64,000 nt of DNA. Origin: Salinispira sp. (GTDB lineage Bacteria; Spirochaetota; Spirochaetia; DSM-27196; Salinispiraceae). Below the pieces are notes generated by a model. The model was not told the DNA's origin. It made no database searches and saw nothing but the letters and a program-made list of their open reading frames with translations. Shown here one piece after another: positions 20,401 through 30,262 of the stretch. Each line of letters opens with the position of its first letter. Within the stretch, counting starts at the first letter, position 1. Location of the stretch: assembly GCA_965226555.1 (NCBI GenBank), contig CBDDDG010000022.1, forward strand, positions 64,001 through 128,000. Reading direction: 5' to 3'. Both the position numbers and the translations under genes were made by a program.

Positions 20401-22334
20401 GCATTGATCGCAAGAAAACTGCTGTCGGAAGCTGCCTGAAGAGGGTGGAAAATTCCGTTGGTATCGGTAACCGTGTACTTAAGGCTTCCTTCAATGTCTG
20501 CTTTCAGAAATTGCCCGTCAAGATGATATGCCCCACTCAGTTGAATATGCGAGGGTCCGCTCGGAGAATTTTCTCCTTCTCGGGGAAGGCTCAGCGACCC
20601 GTTCAGGGCAAGTTCAAGGGTATCATTTTGAGAGAGAAAAAACCGGTTTCCGATCGCTGCGCTCAGGCTGGCAAACTGTCCCGCCTGATCGGGGGTTCGG
20701 TAGACAATGAGGATATCATCAAGAGGTCCAATGTTTTCGGGAAAGATCAAAAGACCGTCAACAATTTCAACATTGTCAACAAACCGTGAATTTTGATATA
20801 CGGAAAGGCTTCCGGGTACTATTTTGTCCTCAATTCTCAAACCTTCTCCAATTTTTGAACGAAATTGCAGAAGGGTATCGCTGAGCGTAGCTTCGGTGTT
20901 GCTCAGGAAGCCGGGAACGTAGAGTCGGGCGGTTTCAGCGTCAATATCCAAAAGCGGATAGCGGATTTTCCATGGGTCGGCGCTTCTTTGTACGGAATTT
21001 TTCGGAGAAAGCTGCACACCGCCCGCTGTATTTCGGAAGGGAATGGCCGTATATGCGCCATTTGCCTTCCTGAGTAGCGCATCTTCAATGTTGGCATCGA
21101 CAGTATAGTAGGCCTGAATTTCAAAGGGCGAGAAAAGCCCCGGCTCATAGAGTACAAGAGCCTGCACATCGCCCGCATCTACACCGCCCTGCGCCCCCGC
21201 CTGCCCACCGCTCCGGTCCTTATTGAGAACGCGGGAAAAATCATTAAGAGTAATGCCCGGAGCCGCAGATGTGAATCCGTATAGCGCATTGAGCGGAATA
21301 ACAAAGTGCTGTTCAAAGTCTCCTCCCGGCTGTAGGCTGAAATCAACAGAATTTTTGCTCATTTCATAGTCGGAATGTTGGGAATGTTCGGATGCCTGTA
21401 AGCGAACAACCGGTATCTGTCCGACATAACTGCTATCGCCAACAGAAATTCCTCCAGCGATATAGTGAACCAGCACCCGTCCCTCGGGCAATATGGAACT
21501 CAGGCTCAACTCTCCAAGCTCCGGCCTGAAACCATAATCCTGATCCGCTGTGAGCAGACGGTAGACAATGCCATCCTCATCATGTACTGTTTCCGAACCA
21601 AAACTTCCATCCGCATCTTCCAGCCAGACCCGTAAATTCTGAGGATTTATATCCGGAAGAAGGAAGTACCTGCCCTGCACATAATCTGATACACTCTGCT
21701 CATTGATGAGGTACTCGTTATTCCCGGTAAAACGGCGCCGAACTTCATGTGCGGTATCGTAGCGAAGCATGAATTCATGGAGGGTCGATTCTGTTGCAAG
21801 AACCGCAGAAACTCCCGGGCTGCCGACAGTCCCTGTACTCATTGGTAAAAGGGGATATTGCTGAATTCCAATATCGGTATTACCAATGAGCACCTCCCGG
21901 AGCAGCCCATTGCCGTAGTATCCGAGAAGAATACTGTTATCGGTAAATCCCGATTGAAAACTGGCCTCAAAAAAAAAGTTGTTGTTTAACCACAATGATG
22001 TGAGTAAATCGACAGTATTGGTGAGGGGGGTTGATTTGAAAATTGATGGTGCGAGCGGCTGCTGTTCATAGGTTCCGTCACTTCGGGGAATCCAGCGGCT
22101 GCCGGCAGCAAAACCGAGGCGGGCCTCCCAAGAACCCAAAATAAAAAATTCTATTTCCGTGTCATCGCTTGAATAATCAAATATTGCCTGAGGAGATTCT
22201 TCAGGGTATACTATTGTTCCATCCTGTTGCAATTCCGGCAGGGTTGTCTGGGAAAATACGTGCATTCCTGATATGCTGAAGAGGAAAAGTGATATTGAGT
22301 AAAGGTAGAGTTCCCGTATGCAGTTATTCCTCAT
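17439..22334 (-). CDS. Very large (1631 aa) exported, probable outer-membrane protein
   Basis: Signal peptide; EDxxGx acidic motifs; beta-strand-rich C-terminal half ending in Tyr. Confidence 0.65.
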   Translation of the reverse strand: MRNNCIRELYLYSISLFLFSISGMHVFSQTTLPELQQDGTIVYPEESPQAIFDYSSDDTEIEFFILGSWEARLGFAAGSRWIPRSDGTYEQQPLAPSIFKSTPLTNTVDLLTSLWLNNNFFFEASFQSGFTDNSILLGYYGNGLLREVLIGNTDIGIQQYPLLPMSTGTVGSPGVSAVLATESTLHEFMLRYDTAHEVRRRFTGNNEYLINEQSVSDYVQGRYFLLPDINPQNLRVWLEDADGSFGSETVHDEDGIVYRLLTADQDYGFRPELGELSLSSILPEGRVLVHYIAGGISVGDSSYVGQIPVVRLQASEHSQHSDYEMSKNSVDFSLQPGGDFEQHFVIPLNALYGFTSAAPGITLNDFSRVLNKDRSGGQAGAQGGVDAGDVQALVLYEPGLFSPFEIQAYYTVDANIEDALLRKANGAYTAIPFRNTAGGVQLSPKNSVQRSADPWKIRYPLLDIDAETARLYVPGFLSNTEATLSDTLLQFRSKIGEGLRIEDKIVPGSLSVYQNSRFVDNVEIVDGLLIFPENIGPLDDILIVYRTPDQAGQFASLSAAIGNRFFLSQNDTLELALNGSLSLPREGENSPSGPSHIQLSGAYHLDGQFLKADIEGSLKYTVTDTNGIFHPLQAASDSSFLAINAASLFPSAAPETVRLENSCAGDCAAIISILPNLNRNNRGQQFFRNFRQNGIILPRDTFQNTAEPERLATAIGPYPAFPAENDSISGTLAALEFTITDAEPWVGYQSSNSSAVSDFISGFTISVFPESLNGGVHVFLQAGELNEDIDGDLNLDSQARPEQQGIPFTGASGELLAAYPGQAYYEGWQGLTEDINGNGRLDGDNPAAIVSHYLGLLDASDVGSWQNLSYNLTAVESARLKDLRSLRIILVSDGNSGGAAGRIFFGDQKIRRKNVIVLGETARIDQNADHYVFSWAGNSSSELRFPLNSIAQDLYESLEIELNGKELAAQESITVAINGTHLAQLSVDSEDKWKTLRINFVEKTISLLHSGEIEYTAPFPHSLGKGELKYLSFALMAQGTGSLLLRPPKFSDSREIFSGGGQARMQWTPESAVLFPDSVFHMGITSLDLSAAAFSPGFGAAAGLDGSIQLTGYLPFFLSSIFLRYYSDLDDQIHIDSSHSLTFNAIRGLKFTNIYSQQWMKGKQSAGVSQNFGITLDPAPWFYLNLSYQISAIKDKRMRNWDIDFTLGENPALHTALLFSINEEEPAEEIFESSYMANYFNSIALLDWTQLSSADFRRNTDINISIGFGGENFSGELGAHALSSFDSLPNLNENFTQTLQAGFYSDSGIDVIINGRQKFFHQSSSYSENFFDPLELLFEHAAINPYVFLPLYIIGVFSDDAGSSFFASAGNDSVFRDPRRTFQEYEMGIVFRRDLNPSMYDLIIPRSAELDIIRKLEWIQGIQSDERSLKALITWQALNLFGKFGREPIFSFYESDEFSMNFQYRHNLDNIEDWRIGGELMPVLFELQPFSELRNTVDWKFASRGEASFSLGISSSLLWMTRLNTAANMAASTGFENLNTENESLGFEHEEAISLRFTALRENSSATALSLSEKPGFSIILRHGSILFFSDLGKFNADIAVAYTAESVKFEDYAYAHSIGLEINLILEISY

Positions 22335-22394
22335 CTGTGTATTATAGAAACTTTTGCATTGCCTGTACTGTCATACACTCCACAGGAAGTGAAC

Positions 22395-23321
22395 ATGAGT
22401 AATTTTTCGGAAAACGCATACGCATTTGTATATCGGTTGCTGTCAAATCCTACTCTTACGGCATATACTCCTTTACAAAAGGAGGAACATGTTTCTCGTT
22501 TTTTAGAGACGAATATACAGCAATTAGAACCAACACTCACTTCCGCGGCCTTTTTTCCGGGCTACACTATTGATCAAATATCCCAAATTCTTCACAAAAC
22601 ACTTCATTCCCTGACAAATGAATCTCTGCTGCCCGCAGTCAGCGCCATTATTCAGGGAATTGATTATTCATTCCTGGGTCAAATAGTGCCGATTCAGGAA
22701 GGTTCAGAGTTTATAAAAACACTAAAAACGCAGATATTACAAATTATTGAGCATTTTCTCGCCATGCCCGGTTTCAGGCAGACATTTTCAGGCAATTATA
22801 CTGCGCTGCGCTATAACATTATCGAAGGATATATGAGTGAGATATTTAAACGAAAACGCCATATTTATTATGAACTTACAAAATTTCAGCGACTCCGCAT
22901 GAATAAAACCGAGATCAAGGCATTTGTGGAAATATGCATGCTTCTTCGAGCTCTTGTCCAGATGAAGGCCTATTCTGACTCCGGCAATAATGTATCAGAA
23001 ATAGTTAGTCCGCAGCTCCGTCAGGGCATATTCGATGAACTGAAATTGAAACTTAATACTGTGCCGGTTGAAATTATCAGCAGTATCGTCAATTCTGCCA
23101 TATCTTTTCAGGAAAATTCTCAGGTTGAGACAACAGCGCGGTTGGCGGCTATTTTTTCTACCCGCGGCAAAACCTTTGCCCGTAATACAAAAATTGACCG
23201 GGGGGCAGATACACCCGACAAAAGTTGGTTTGGAATTACGAGAAGAAATTATAAGTTTTATGGTTTTGATGGCAGGATGCTTGATGAAATGTATATTATA
23301 GCTGCCGAAAATGGCTGGTAG
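22395..23321 (+). CDS. Hypothetical cytoplasmic protein
   Basis: Long ORF with SD-like AGGA; overlaps the next gene. Confidence 0.75.
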   Translation: MSNFSENAYAFVYRLLSNPTLTAYTPLQKEEHVSRFLETNIQQLEPTLTSAAFFPGYTIDQISQILHKTLHSLTNESLLPAVSAIIQGIDYSFLGQIVPIQEGSEFIKTLKTQILQIIEHFLAMPGFRQTFSGNYTALRYNIIEGYMSEIFKRKRHIYYELTKFQRLRMNKTEIKAFVEICMLLRALVQMKAYSDSGNNVSEIVSPQLRQGIFDELKLKLNTVPVEIISSIVNSAISFQENSQVETTARLAAIFSTRGKTFARNTKIDRGADTPDKSWFGITRRNYKFYGFDGRMLDEMYIIAAENGW

Positions 23322-24498
23322 GGGAACAATGCAAAGCGGAAAAAACACCTTTTTTGAAAATTCGATACTTATTGTCATTGTTCTTGTACTCATTCAAACC
23401 CTTCTTGAAGATGTGGCAGTTCTTGCCTCGTGGCCGGTGGAATACCGTCGTGTACTTACCATTCTTGGATTTATTTTCGACATAATATTCACGCTTGAAT
23501 TTTTTTCCCGAAGTTTTTTTGCCATTTCACAAAATCGCTTCGGGCATTATGTGCTTGAGGGAAGGGGGTGGATTGATTTTATGGTTTCTGTGCCCTTGTT
23601 ACTCTTCAGTTCCGGCCCTGAATTTTTTGCCATAGTTACTGGCGGCTTTGCCGTTTCCTTTGGCGGAATTCTCCAGGTATTGAAGGTAGTAAAGTCAATA
23701 CGCATTGCGCGAATATTACGCTTATTGCGCGTTCTGAAAATATTCCGGCGTATCAAAAACACCGAAACCGTTATGACACAGCGCCATATTGCGCGCATTA
23801 CGACAACGGTTATTGCCACAATTGTCCTTGCTCTCCTTCTGTTCACGGTTGTTGATAATTTTCTGAACATTAACGATGTATATGCCGTGTATGAAGAAAG
23901 CATTCAGGGACTTACGCAGTATATCAGCGCTAATTCAGGTTTCCTCACTTCGGATACACAATTACAAGAGGCCTATTTTGCTTCAATTCCAATTATACTG
24001 ATGGTAAAGTATGATGGGATGACTCTTTATACCCGCTACACGAACGCCGAGTATGCCCGTCAGTGGTCTATTAACGATTATGTGTATGTTCAAAAAGATG
24101 CATTAGAATTGTATATAAATATATGGTATCTGAATGTATCGGAGGCAAAAAGTAATTTGTATTTCTTTCTTATGATTTTCAGTGTGATTCTGGTTATCAT
24201 GTTTGTCTACAGCCCCCATTTTGCGCTCACTATATCGGATCCGATACATGTAATGCGAAGAGGGTTTGATGAGACTTCGTATAATCTTCAGGTTCGTATT
24301 CCCGATCAGTTCAAAGATGATGAAGTATATATTCTCTCTGAATCATTCAACAGAGATTATCTTCCCATGAAAGACAGAGAAGGACAAAAAAACCAGGAGT
24401 CGGTACTGACACTGTCTGCTGTTAATCTTGCGGATTTCGCTGATCTCGGCGCTCCAAGTGCCAACGGAGAAAATGGAGCGGCGAATGATGACCATTAA
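23311..24498 (+). CDS. Ion_trans-like voltage-sensor-domain membrane protein
   Basis: S2 DIIFTLEF, S3 GWIDF, S4 KVVKSIRIARILRLLRVLKIFRRIK. Confidence 0.75.
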   Translation: MAGRGTMQSGKNTFFENSILIVIVLVLIQTLLEDVAVLASWPVEYRRVLTILGFIFDIIFTLEFFSRSFFAISQNRFGHYVLEGRGWIDFMVSVPLLLFSSGPEFFAIVTGGFAVSFGGILQVLKVVKSIRIARILRLLRVLKIFRRIKNTETVMTQRHIARITTTVIATIVLALLLFTVVDNFLNINDVYAVYEESIQGLTQYISANSGFLTSDTQLQEAYFASIPIILMVKYDGMTLYTRYTNAEYARQWSINDYVYVQKDALELYINIWYLNVSEAKSNLYFFLMIFSVILVIMFVYSPHFALTISDPIHVMRRGFDETSYNLQVRIPDQFKDDEVYILSESFNRDYLPMKDREGQKNQESVLTLSAVNLADFADLGAPSANGENGAANDDH

Positions 24499-24941
24499 TT
24501 GTTTTCAATTTCCGTACGGACATCCAGCAGCTTTGTAAGAGTGCGTGCCGCCTTTTTGAGATCCGACAGAGAGTATTTCAGCGCATGGTAGTTGAGGCCT
24601 GCGTAGTATGTCTTTGTGAATATACTGAACAGAATCTCACTCGTGGAATGTACCAAATTGAAATATACGCCGAATTCACAGCATATCTGAAGTAATTCTT
24701 CCATTCTGTCTCGAATATAATCCTGAAAATCTGCGCTGAAACAGAAAATAAAACTAAATTCGACGAACTTGTTTTCCTTCTCGACATAATACCCCATTAC
24801 ACATTCTTCAGAATCCTGAAACGTTGCGGAATACGAATCGTTGCTGTCTTCGGTATCGAGGATCTCATATTCCAGTTCCCTCAAAAGGAGGTCTACCCGT
24901 TGTTTCCGTTCTTTGAGAATATAATTTTTGTTCCGACTCAT
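24495..24941 (-). CDS. Hypothetical protein
   Basis: 148-aa ORF coupled (ATGA overlap) to the HD gene. Confidence 0.7.
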   Translation of the reverse strand: MSRNKNYILKERKQRVDLLLRELEYEILDTEDSNDSYSATFQDSEECVMGYYVEKENKFVEFSFIFCFSADFQDYIRDRMEELLQICCEFGVYFNLVHSTSEILFSIFTKTYYAGLNYHALKYSLSDLKKAARTLTKLLDVRTEIENN

Positions 24942-26230
24942 ATATCACCACTGAGCTCGAAAAATTGTTTTCGCTGAATTGATGAAAGTGCGTGAATTTT
25001 TTCGGCAACCCCTGCGGAAACTGATATTCGAATTTTCCGAAGAGATCTGACAAACTGTTCAATGACATTTTTTGTGAATACGGATGGTGAACTGTCGTAT
25101 GTTTCAAGATCATTGTTATCACGAAGCATTATATCTATATCAAAAGAGATATGTTCAGGTATGTCAATGAGTATATCGGTATTCGATATATCTGCATCGA
25201 GAAAATCAGTGAATCGTTGTATAAGCGCAATTTCGATCTGCTGGCGATTATCAAGGTTTTCAAGAGAGCGGTGGATAGGGTTTTCCGGCTGGAACTCAAT
25301 TGTCCGGACAACAGAAAACAGTTCTCTGTTGTAGACGGCATTAATGAGGGAAAAAGCAGGGTCATTTCTCCTAGCAAAATTCAGATAAAAACTTTCATCA
25401 TCAAGTCCGTAGAGATCATCTGCCTGTATTGTATTGTTCTCAAGGGCTATATGGAGCGATTTTTTTATCATTCCGGTTGCTGTGCGGATTGTCTGATGCC
25501 AATATACAGCACGATACATAAGGTATTTTGAGAATAATAAGCCCTCAATAGCTGCTATTGAATTTCGGTCGATAACGTATCCATGGATAGCGTTTGGTTC
25601 CAGCACTGAAAGAATATAATCGACATCCTGAGAACCATACGGAATTCCGCAGAACCATGCGTCACGGTTCAAATAGTCCAGTTTATCAGGATCAATGGCG
25701 CTGCTGAGCAATTTTCTGAAAAAAATGACCTGCTCATCATTGCAATCAATATTTTCATCGATAATTGCGCAGCAAAAATCAGGATCAATGAGAAGATCAT
25801 TCCGCAGAATATCTTTTATTGGCGAGAAAAGGATAATTTCAGCGGTGAGTTCTTCGTGCTGCTTCAGAGGAAGTTCTTTTAAACTGTGGGTGAATGGAAA
25901 ATGTCCGATATCATGCAGGAGGGCAGCCGCGAGAAATGCCTTGCATCCTTCCAGAGTAATAGGCATAGTTGTGTTTTTTCGTATAAAATGCTTCATGAGG
26001 TTCGATGCAATGTGGAAAACTCCCAGACTATGATTGAATCGGGAATGTGTCGCTCCCGGATACACAAGATAGGCAGGGCCAAGTTGTTTTATTCTGCTGA
26101 GTTGCTGAAATTGACGGGTTTGAATGATCTTGCGGAATGCCGATGATAAATATATGTGACCCCAGAGCGGATCACGGATGGGAATATAATAATCGTTAAG
26201 GAGATGCTCGCGAATAATGGAACTATCCAT
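24938..26230 (-). CDS. HD-domain phosphohydrolase (dNTPase/SAMHD1-like family)
   Basis: IRDPLWG, QLG...HSRFNHSLG, LLHDIGHFPFTH, DPDKLDYLNRD, MYRAVYWH. Confidence 0.9.
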   Translation of the reverse strand: MDSSIIREHLLNDYYIPIRDPLWGHIYLSSAFRKIIQTRQFQQLSRIKQLGPAYLVYPGATHSRFNHSLGVFHIASNLMKHFIRKNTTMPITLEGCKAFLAAALLHDIGHFPFTHSLKELPLKQHEELTAEIILFSPIKDILRNDLLIDPDFCCAIIDENIDCNDEQVIFFRKLLSSAIDPDKLDYLNRDAWFCGIPYGSQDVDYILSVLEPNAIHGYVIDRNSIAAIEGLLFSKYLMYRAVYWHQTIRTATGMIKKSLHIALENNTIQADDLYGLDDESFYLNFARRNDPAFSLINAVYNRELFSVVRTIEFQPENPIHRSLENLDNRQQIEIALIQRFTDFLDADISNTDILIDIPEHISFDIDIMLRDNNDLETYDSSPSVFTKNVIEQFVRSLRKIRISVSAGVAEKIHALSSIQRKQFFELSGDI

Positions 26231-26702
26231 AGTGGTAAAATATACTTTTTTTTCTCTTTTTAAGGCAATCCTCATTATTGTTTTTCTTTTTTCGATAGTA
26301 CCTTCTTATTCTCAAGAGAACAGTGAATTCCCCGAGGTAAACAGGGAACTCGAAAATTTTGCCCGGCAATTTTCATTTGAATATCGGCGGGTTAGTTTTC
26401 CGCAGCATACTGTTCTTGGCAGTCAGCTGCGTCCCGATCAATTATTCTCTTCTGAGAAAGAAATTTATCAGGAACTGACAGCGAGAACTTTCTGGAATGA
26501 TTTTGACTTTACGAATTTCGCGCTTGAGCCCCTGCCCACTGCGCCGTTTCGATCTGTGATAGTTGGAAAAATATCTTCCCTCGGAGAACAGCGCTATGAG
26601 GTCTTCCTTGAATTACGAGGTTTTGAAGATAGATACGCCCTCGGGGTAATTCTTGCGTATATTGATGGTGTATTAACTATTATTATTGTTCGCTACCTCT
26701 GA
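26217..26702 (+). CDS. Hypothetical exported protein (start uncertain, possibly GTG 26232)
   Basis: Signal-peptide-like N-terminus; fills the gap between neighbours. Confidence 0.5.
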   Translation: MELSIVVKYTFFSLFKAILIIVFLFSIVPSYSQENSEFPEVNRELENFARQFSFEYRRVSFPQHTVLGSQLRPDQLFSSEKEIYQELTARTFWNDFDFTNFALEPLPTAPFRSVIVGKISSLGEQRYEVFLELRGFEDRYALGVILAYIDGVLTIIIVRYL

Positions 26703-26784
26703 ATGCGCAGAGAAAACTTGATATGCGCCGCCAGCTCCCAATGCTCCCGTCCATATCATGGCATTTTTTATGTGAATGGCCTTC

Positions 26785-28143
26785 TTATGTGAGATATGCC
26801 AACCATTCCTGCTGCTGGTCAATCATTCTGTCGAGCATATTCCGAAGAGGAAGGGCGCGGTTAATGACAGGGTTCGCAAGTAAGGCCTGCATTGCATATT
26901 CACGGCTCCCCCTGAGTACTGCTTCGGCTGTGAGATCATAGACACCGCAGTAATTACGCAGGAGTGCCAGAAAACCCTTCTGAATGTTGGGAAGGTGTTT
27001 TCCTTCAATTTCCGATTTTCGTATATATGCCGGTACCTCCACTGCAATCCATTCCGGAAGATCATCAATGTAGCCGGCGTTAGGAATGTTGACCGCTGCT
27101 TCCAGATAGTTGCTGTCTGTCAGTATACCTTCAATAATGGGAACAACGCGTTCATTGCATTCAAGGCTGACTTTCTTTTCAATCCACTGCGCGCAGCTTA
27201 TGCGGTAATAATCGAAAAAGTCCAGAATACCGCGATGGTCTGCAATATCCCAGGCCCATGCAATATATTCTCCAAAATGACTGTCAACAGTTATTGGCAG
27301 GAGTCCATAATTTTCCATAATAAATTTGAACAGACTGCGGTCTGCCCATTCAAAGTTACTCGAAACCTTTGCTCTATTTCGGGAACCTTCGGCAAAGGCA
27401 AAGGTTTTTGTTTTCAGGTAATGATTCCAAATATCGCTATAGCCGGGTTCAGTACGAAAAAATTCATAGGCCTTTTTCATGATTTCCGGATACATATCTT
27501 TATTTGTCTTTTTATCCCGGGCTTCAAGAAGGCAGCTGAAATGGTTAAGACCGCCGGCTGCGCACTCAAGCTCATCAAAATCTTTGTTAAGGATGATCGG
27601 AATATATCGTTCGAGGGAAGCAATTTCATGGCATAAACCGGTAAATTTAATGCCCGGAAATGCTCGGTGTACGGTAGTCGTTATTGCCGTCATTGGGTTT
27701 GAGTAACAAAATAAATGAGCATGTGGAGCAATATCAATTGCATCGCGGCAAATTTCAAGAATGGGAGGGATAATTCGAAGAGCATGGAATAGGCCTCCAG
27801 CTCCGCCGTTTTCTCCATATACCTGCTGTATTCCGTATTGCTGCGGAATTCGCCAGTCTTCCTCCCAAAGTTTGAAGCGGTCGCCAACCTCAATGGAAAT
27901 GATAATGAAGTCGGCATCGGAAAATGCTTCTCTGCGGTTGAGTGTCGCCGAGATGCTGAAATTCAGCGTGTATTCCTCAATAGCATCTTCGGCTTTCGCG
28001 CGCATTTTGCTCAGACGCCCCTCATGTATATCATGCAGGCATACATGTGCCCCCCGCAAAGTATTGTTGCCGAATATATCGCCAATGGTACCAGTGCCGA
28101 AGTTTGAACTTCCTGCCCCAACAAGAACAATTTTTACCGACAT
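26785..28143 (-). CDS. GH4 NAD-dependent alpha-galactosidase/alpha-glucosidase
   Basis: KIVLVGAGS, GENGGAGG, YSNPM, GLCHE, GLNHF. Confidence 0.9.
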   Translation of the reverse strand: MSVKIVLVGAGSSNFGTGTIGDIFGNNTLRGAHVCLHDIHEGRLSKMRAKAEDAIEEYTLNFSISATLNRREAFSDADFIIISIEVGDRFKLWEEDWRIPQQYGIQQVYGENGGAGGLFHALRIIPPILEICRDAIDIAPHAHLFCYSNPMTAITTTVHRAFPGIKFTGLCHEIASLERYIPIILNKDFDELECAAGGLNHFSCLLEARDKKTNKDMYPEIMKKAYEFFRTEPGYSDIWNHYLKTKTFAFAEGSRNRAKVSSNFEWADRSLFKFIMENYGLLPITVDSHFGEYIAWAWDIADHRGILDFFDYYRISCAQWIEKKVSLECNERVVPIIEGILTDSNYLEAAVNIPNAGYIDDLPEWIAVEVPAYIRKSEIEGKHLPNIQKGFLALLRNYCGVYDLTAEAVLRGSREYAMQALLANPVINRALPLRNMLDRMIDQQQEWLAYLT

Positions 28144-28155
28144 AGTTTCTCCTCG

Positions 28156-29067
28156 CTATCCCTTCACTGATCCGGCCATCATACCCCTGATAAAATACCG
28201 CTGTAAAGAGAAAAACACGACAAGAGGAAGTATCATGGACACAAAGGCGCCTGCTGTTAATGTTTGCCAGTCCTGTCCTCTCGATCCGACAAGTTCCTGA
28301 AGGCGTGTAGTAACTAGGGTGATATTTCCCCGTGTCAAAAAAACAAGCGCTACCAGCAGATCATTCCAGACCCACAGAAATTGAAAAATTGCAAACGATG
28401 CTATGGCAGGAATGGACAGCGGGAGAATGAGTATGGTGAACGTTTGCCATGGAGTTGCTCCATCAAGTTTTGCCGATTCAATTATCGATCCGGGAATTCC
28501 CGAAATGTATCCGTAGAGGATGTATGTTGCAAGGGGAAGGCCAAAGCCGGTATGAGCGAGCCATATTCCGAGAAAGGAACCATTAAGCCCGAGTGTGGTG
28601 TATATACGGAGAATGGGAATGAGACTCATCTGCAGAGGCACGACTAACAGACCAACAATGATGAACAGAGCCATTCTTCTCCCGATCCAGCTCAGCCATG
28701 CGATGGCAAAGGCAGCGAAGGCTGCAATGGTTATGGGAATAATGGTTGAGGGTATGGTTACCAGAAGACTATTGATAAATGCTCTTCCCATGCCGCCGCC
28801 GGAACCTGTTCCGGAACCCAACACTTTCTGGTAATTGTCGAGCGTCAGTCCGACCGGAGGCGGATTGCGCCAGCGAGACGAGCCATCTTCGTTCGTCCGT
28901 TCAGAAAAATCACCAAAGACTTCCCACCAGCCGTAGCTGCTTATCTGCTGCGGATATCGAAAGGAAGATACAAATAGTCCCAAAACCGGAACCATCCAGA
29001 TAACTATGAGGATAATCATACATATGTACGCCGATGTTTTTCCTGCGCGCTTTTTAAAAGAACTCAC
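28156..29067 (-). CDS. Sugar ABC transporter permease (AglG-like)
   Basis: EAA-type motif ESAKLDGA; FQFLWVWNDLLVAL. Confidence 0.9.
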   Translation of the reverse strand: MSSFKKRAGKTSAYICMIILIVIWMVPVLGLFVSSFRYPQQISSYGWWEVFGDFSERTNEDGSSRWRNPPPVGLTLDNYQKVLGSGTGSGGGMGRAFINSLLVTIPSTIIPITIAAFAAFAIAWLSWIGRRMALFIIVGLLVVPLQMSLIPILRIYTTLGLNGSFLGIWLAHTGFGLPLATYILYGYISGIPGSIIESAKLDGATPWQTFTILILPLSIPAIASFAIFQFLWVWNDLLVALVFLTRGNITLVTTRLQELVGSRGQDWQTLTAGAFVSMILPLVVFFSLQRYFIRGMMAGSVKG

Positions 29068-29069
29068 AA

Positions 29070-30158
29070 TTACCCTCCAATGTTTTTCATGTTTCGTATG
29101 TTTTGTATAACAAAGGGAAGAACAACAATAAAGAGCAGCACAGCGAGCGCGCTGCCGGTTCCAAAGTTACCCTGTTGAAAGGTCTGATCGTACATTGCAG
29201 AGGCGACAACGTCAGTATTGTAATTGCCGCTGGTCATCACAAAGACAACGTCAAAGGCCTTGAGTACCATGAATAAAATAGTAGTGAGCACCATAATGAG
29301 TGTATTGCGAATGTAGGGAATGGTAATTTGAAAAAATATGCGGAACACGTTGGCTCCGTCAATTTTTGCCGCTTCATGGAGTTCTGCCGGAACATTTTTG
29401 ATCGCAGCCGATAATATCACCATTGCAAAACCGGTTAAAAGCCATATCATAATAAACATTAGAAAAAAATTATTCCAAGGTTCCTGAATGAGCCATGCAA
29501 TAGATTCATTGCCGCCGGCTTGGCGAATAGCATTGAGGAGGCCAATTTCTTCCCCAAAGGGCGATTTATAGTATACAAATCGGAAAATTATGGAAGCGCC
29601 GACAAAACTGATCGCCATTGGTAAAAAAATACATGCCTTGAACATTTTCTCGGCAGTTGCGCGTAATTTGTCGGTAATAACCGCTACCGTCAGCCCCAGC
29701 GCAACAGTAACAATAGGAACAATTATCACCCACAGGAAGGTATTCCGAAGAACAATGTGCATTCTCGGGTTTGAAAAAATGTATATATAGTTTTGCAGTC
29801 CAAGGAAGATATCGCCTGTTTTGTCGAAAAAGCTCAAAAAAATTGTCCGAAAAGCCGGATAGACTAGGTAGATTCCCAGCATAAAGAGAGCCGGAAACAC
29901 ATAAAAATATCCGACAATTTTTTCACGCTTTTTTTCCGATATCTGCTCGGCAACACTGTTTCCTGTCCAGTAAAAAAGCCAGATTCCACCAATGCCAACA
30001 AAAAGCACAAGAATGGTATTGATAATGGTTGGTATATTTTTGTTGCCAATAATAATAAAGGCGAAAATGAGCGCAATGATCGTGGCAATGAATCTGACAA
30101 TACTCAACAGTAGCCGAGCCGGATGCCCTTGAGCTGTCGGTCTAGCGGAATCTGCCAT
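29070..30158 (-). CDS. Sugar ABC transporter permease (AglF-like)
   Basis: FLPMAISFVGA, EAAKIDGA. Confidence 0.9.
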   Translation of the reverse strand: MADSARPTAQGHPARLLLSIVRFIATIIALIFAFIIIGNKNIPTIINTILVLFVGIGGIWLFYWTGNSVAEQISEKKREKIVGYFYVFPALFMLGIYLVYPAFRTIFLSFFDKTGDIFLGLQNYIYIFSNPRMHIVLRNTFLWVIIVPIVTVALGLTVAVITDKLRATAEKMFKACIFLPMAISFVGASIIFRFVYYKSPFGEEIGLLNAIRQAGGNESIAWLIQEPWNNFFLMFIMIWLLTGFAMVILSAAIKNVPAELHEAAKIDGANVFRIFFQITIPYIRNTLIMVLTTILFMVLKAFDVVFVMTSGNYNTDVVASAMYDQTFQQGNFGTGSALAVLLFIVVLPFVIQNIRNMKNIGG

Positions 30159-30262
30159 CGCCGCCCTCCAAATACACCATCTGCACATGTGCCATATGGC
30201 AATATACCATATGAGGAAACTTGTATGAGCTGCCCGATTGCTCAGACAGCCCACAAGAAAAA

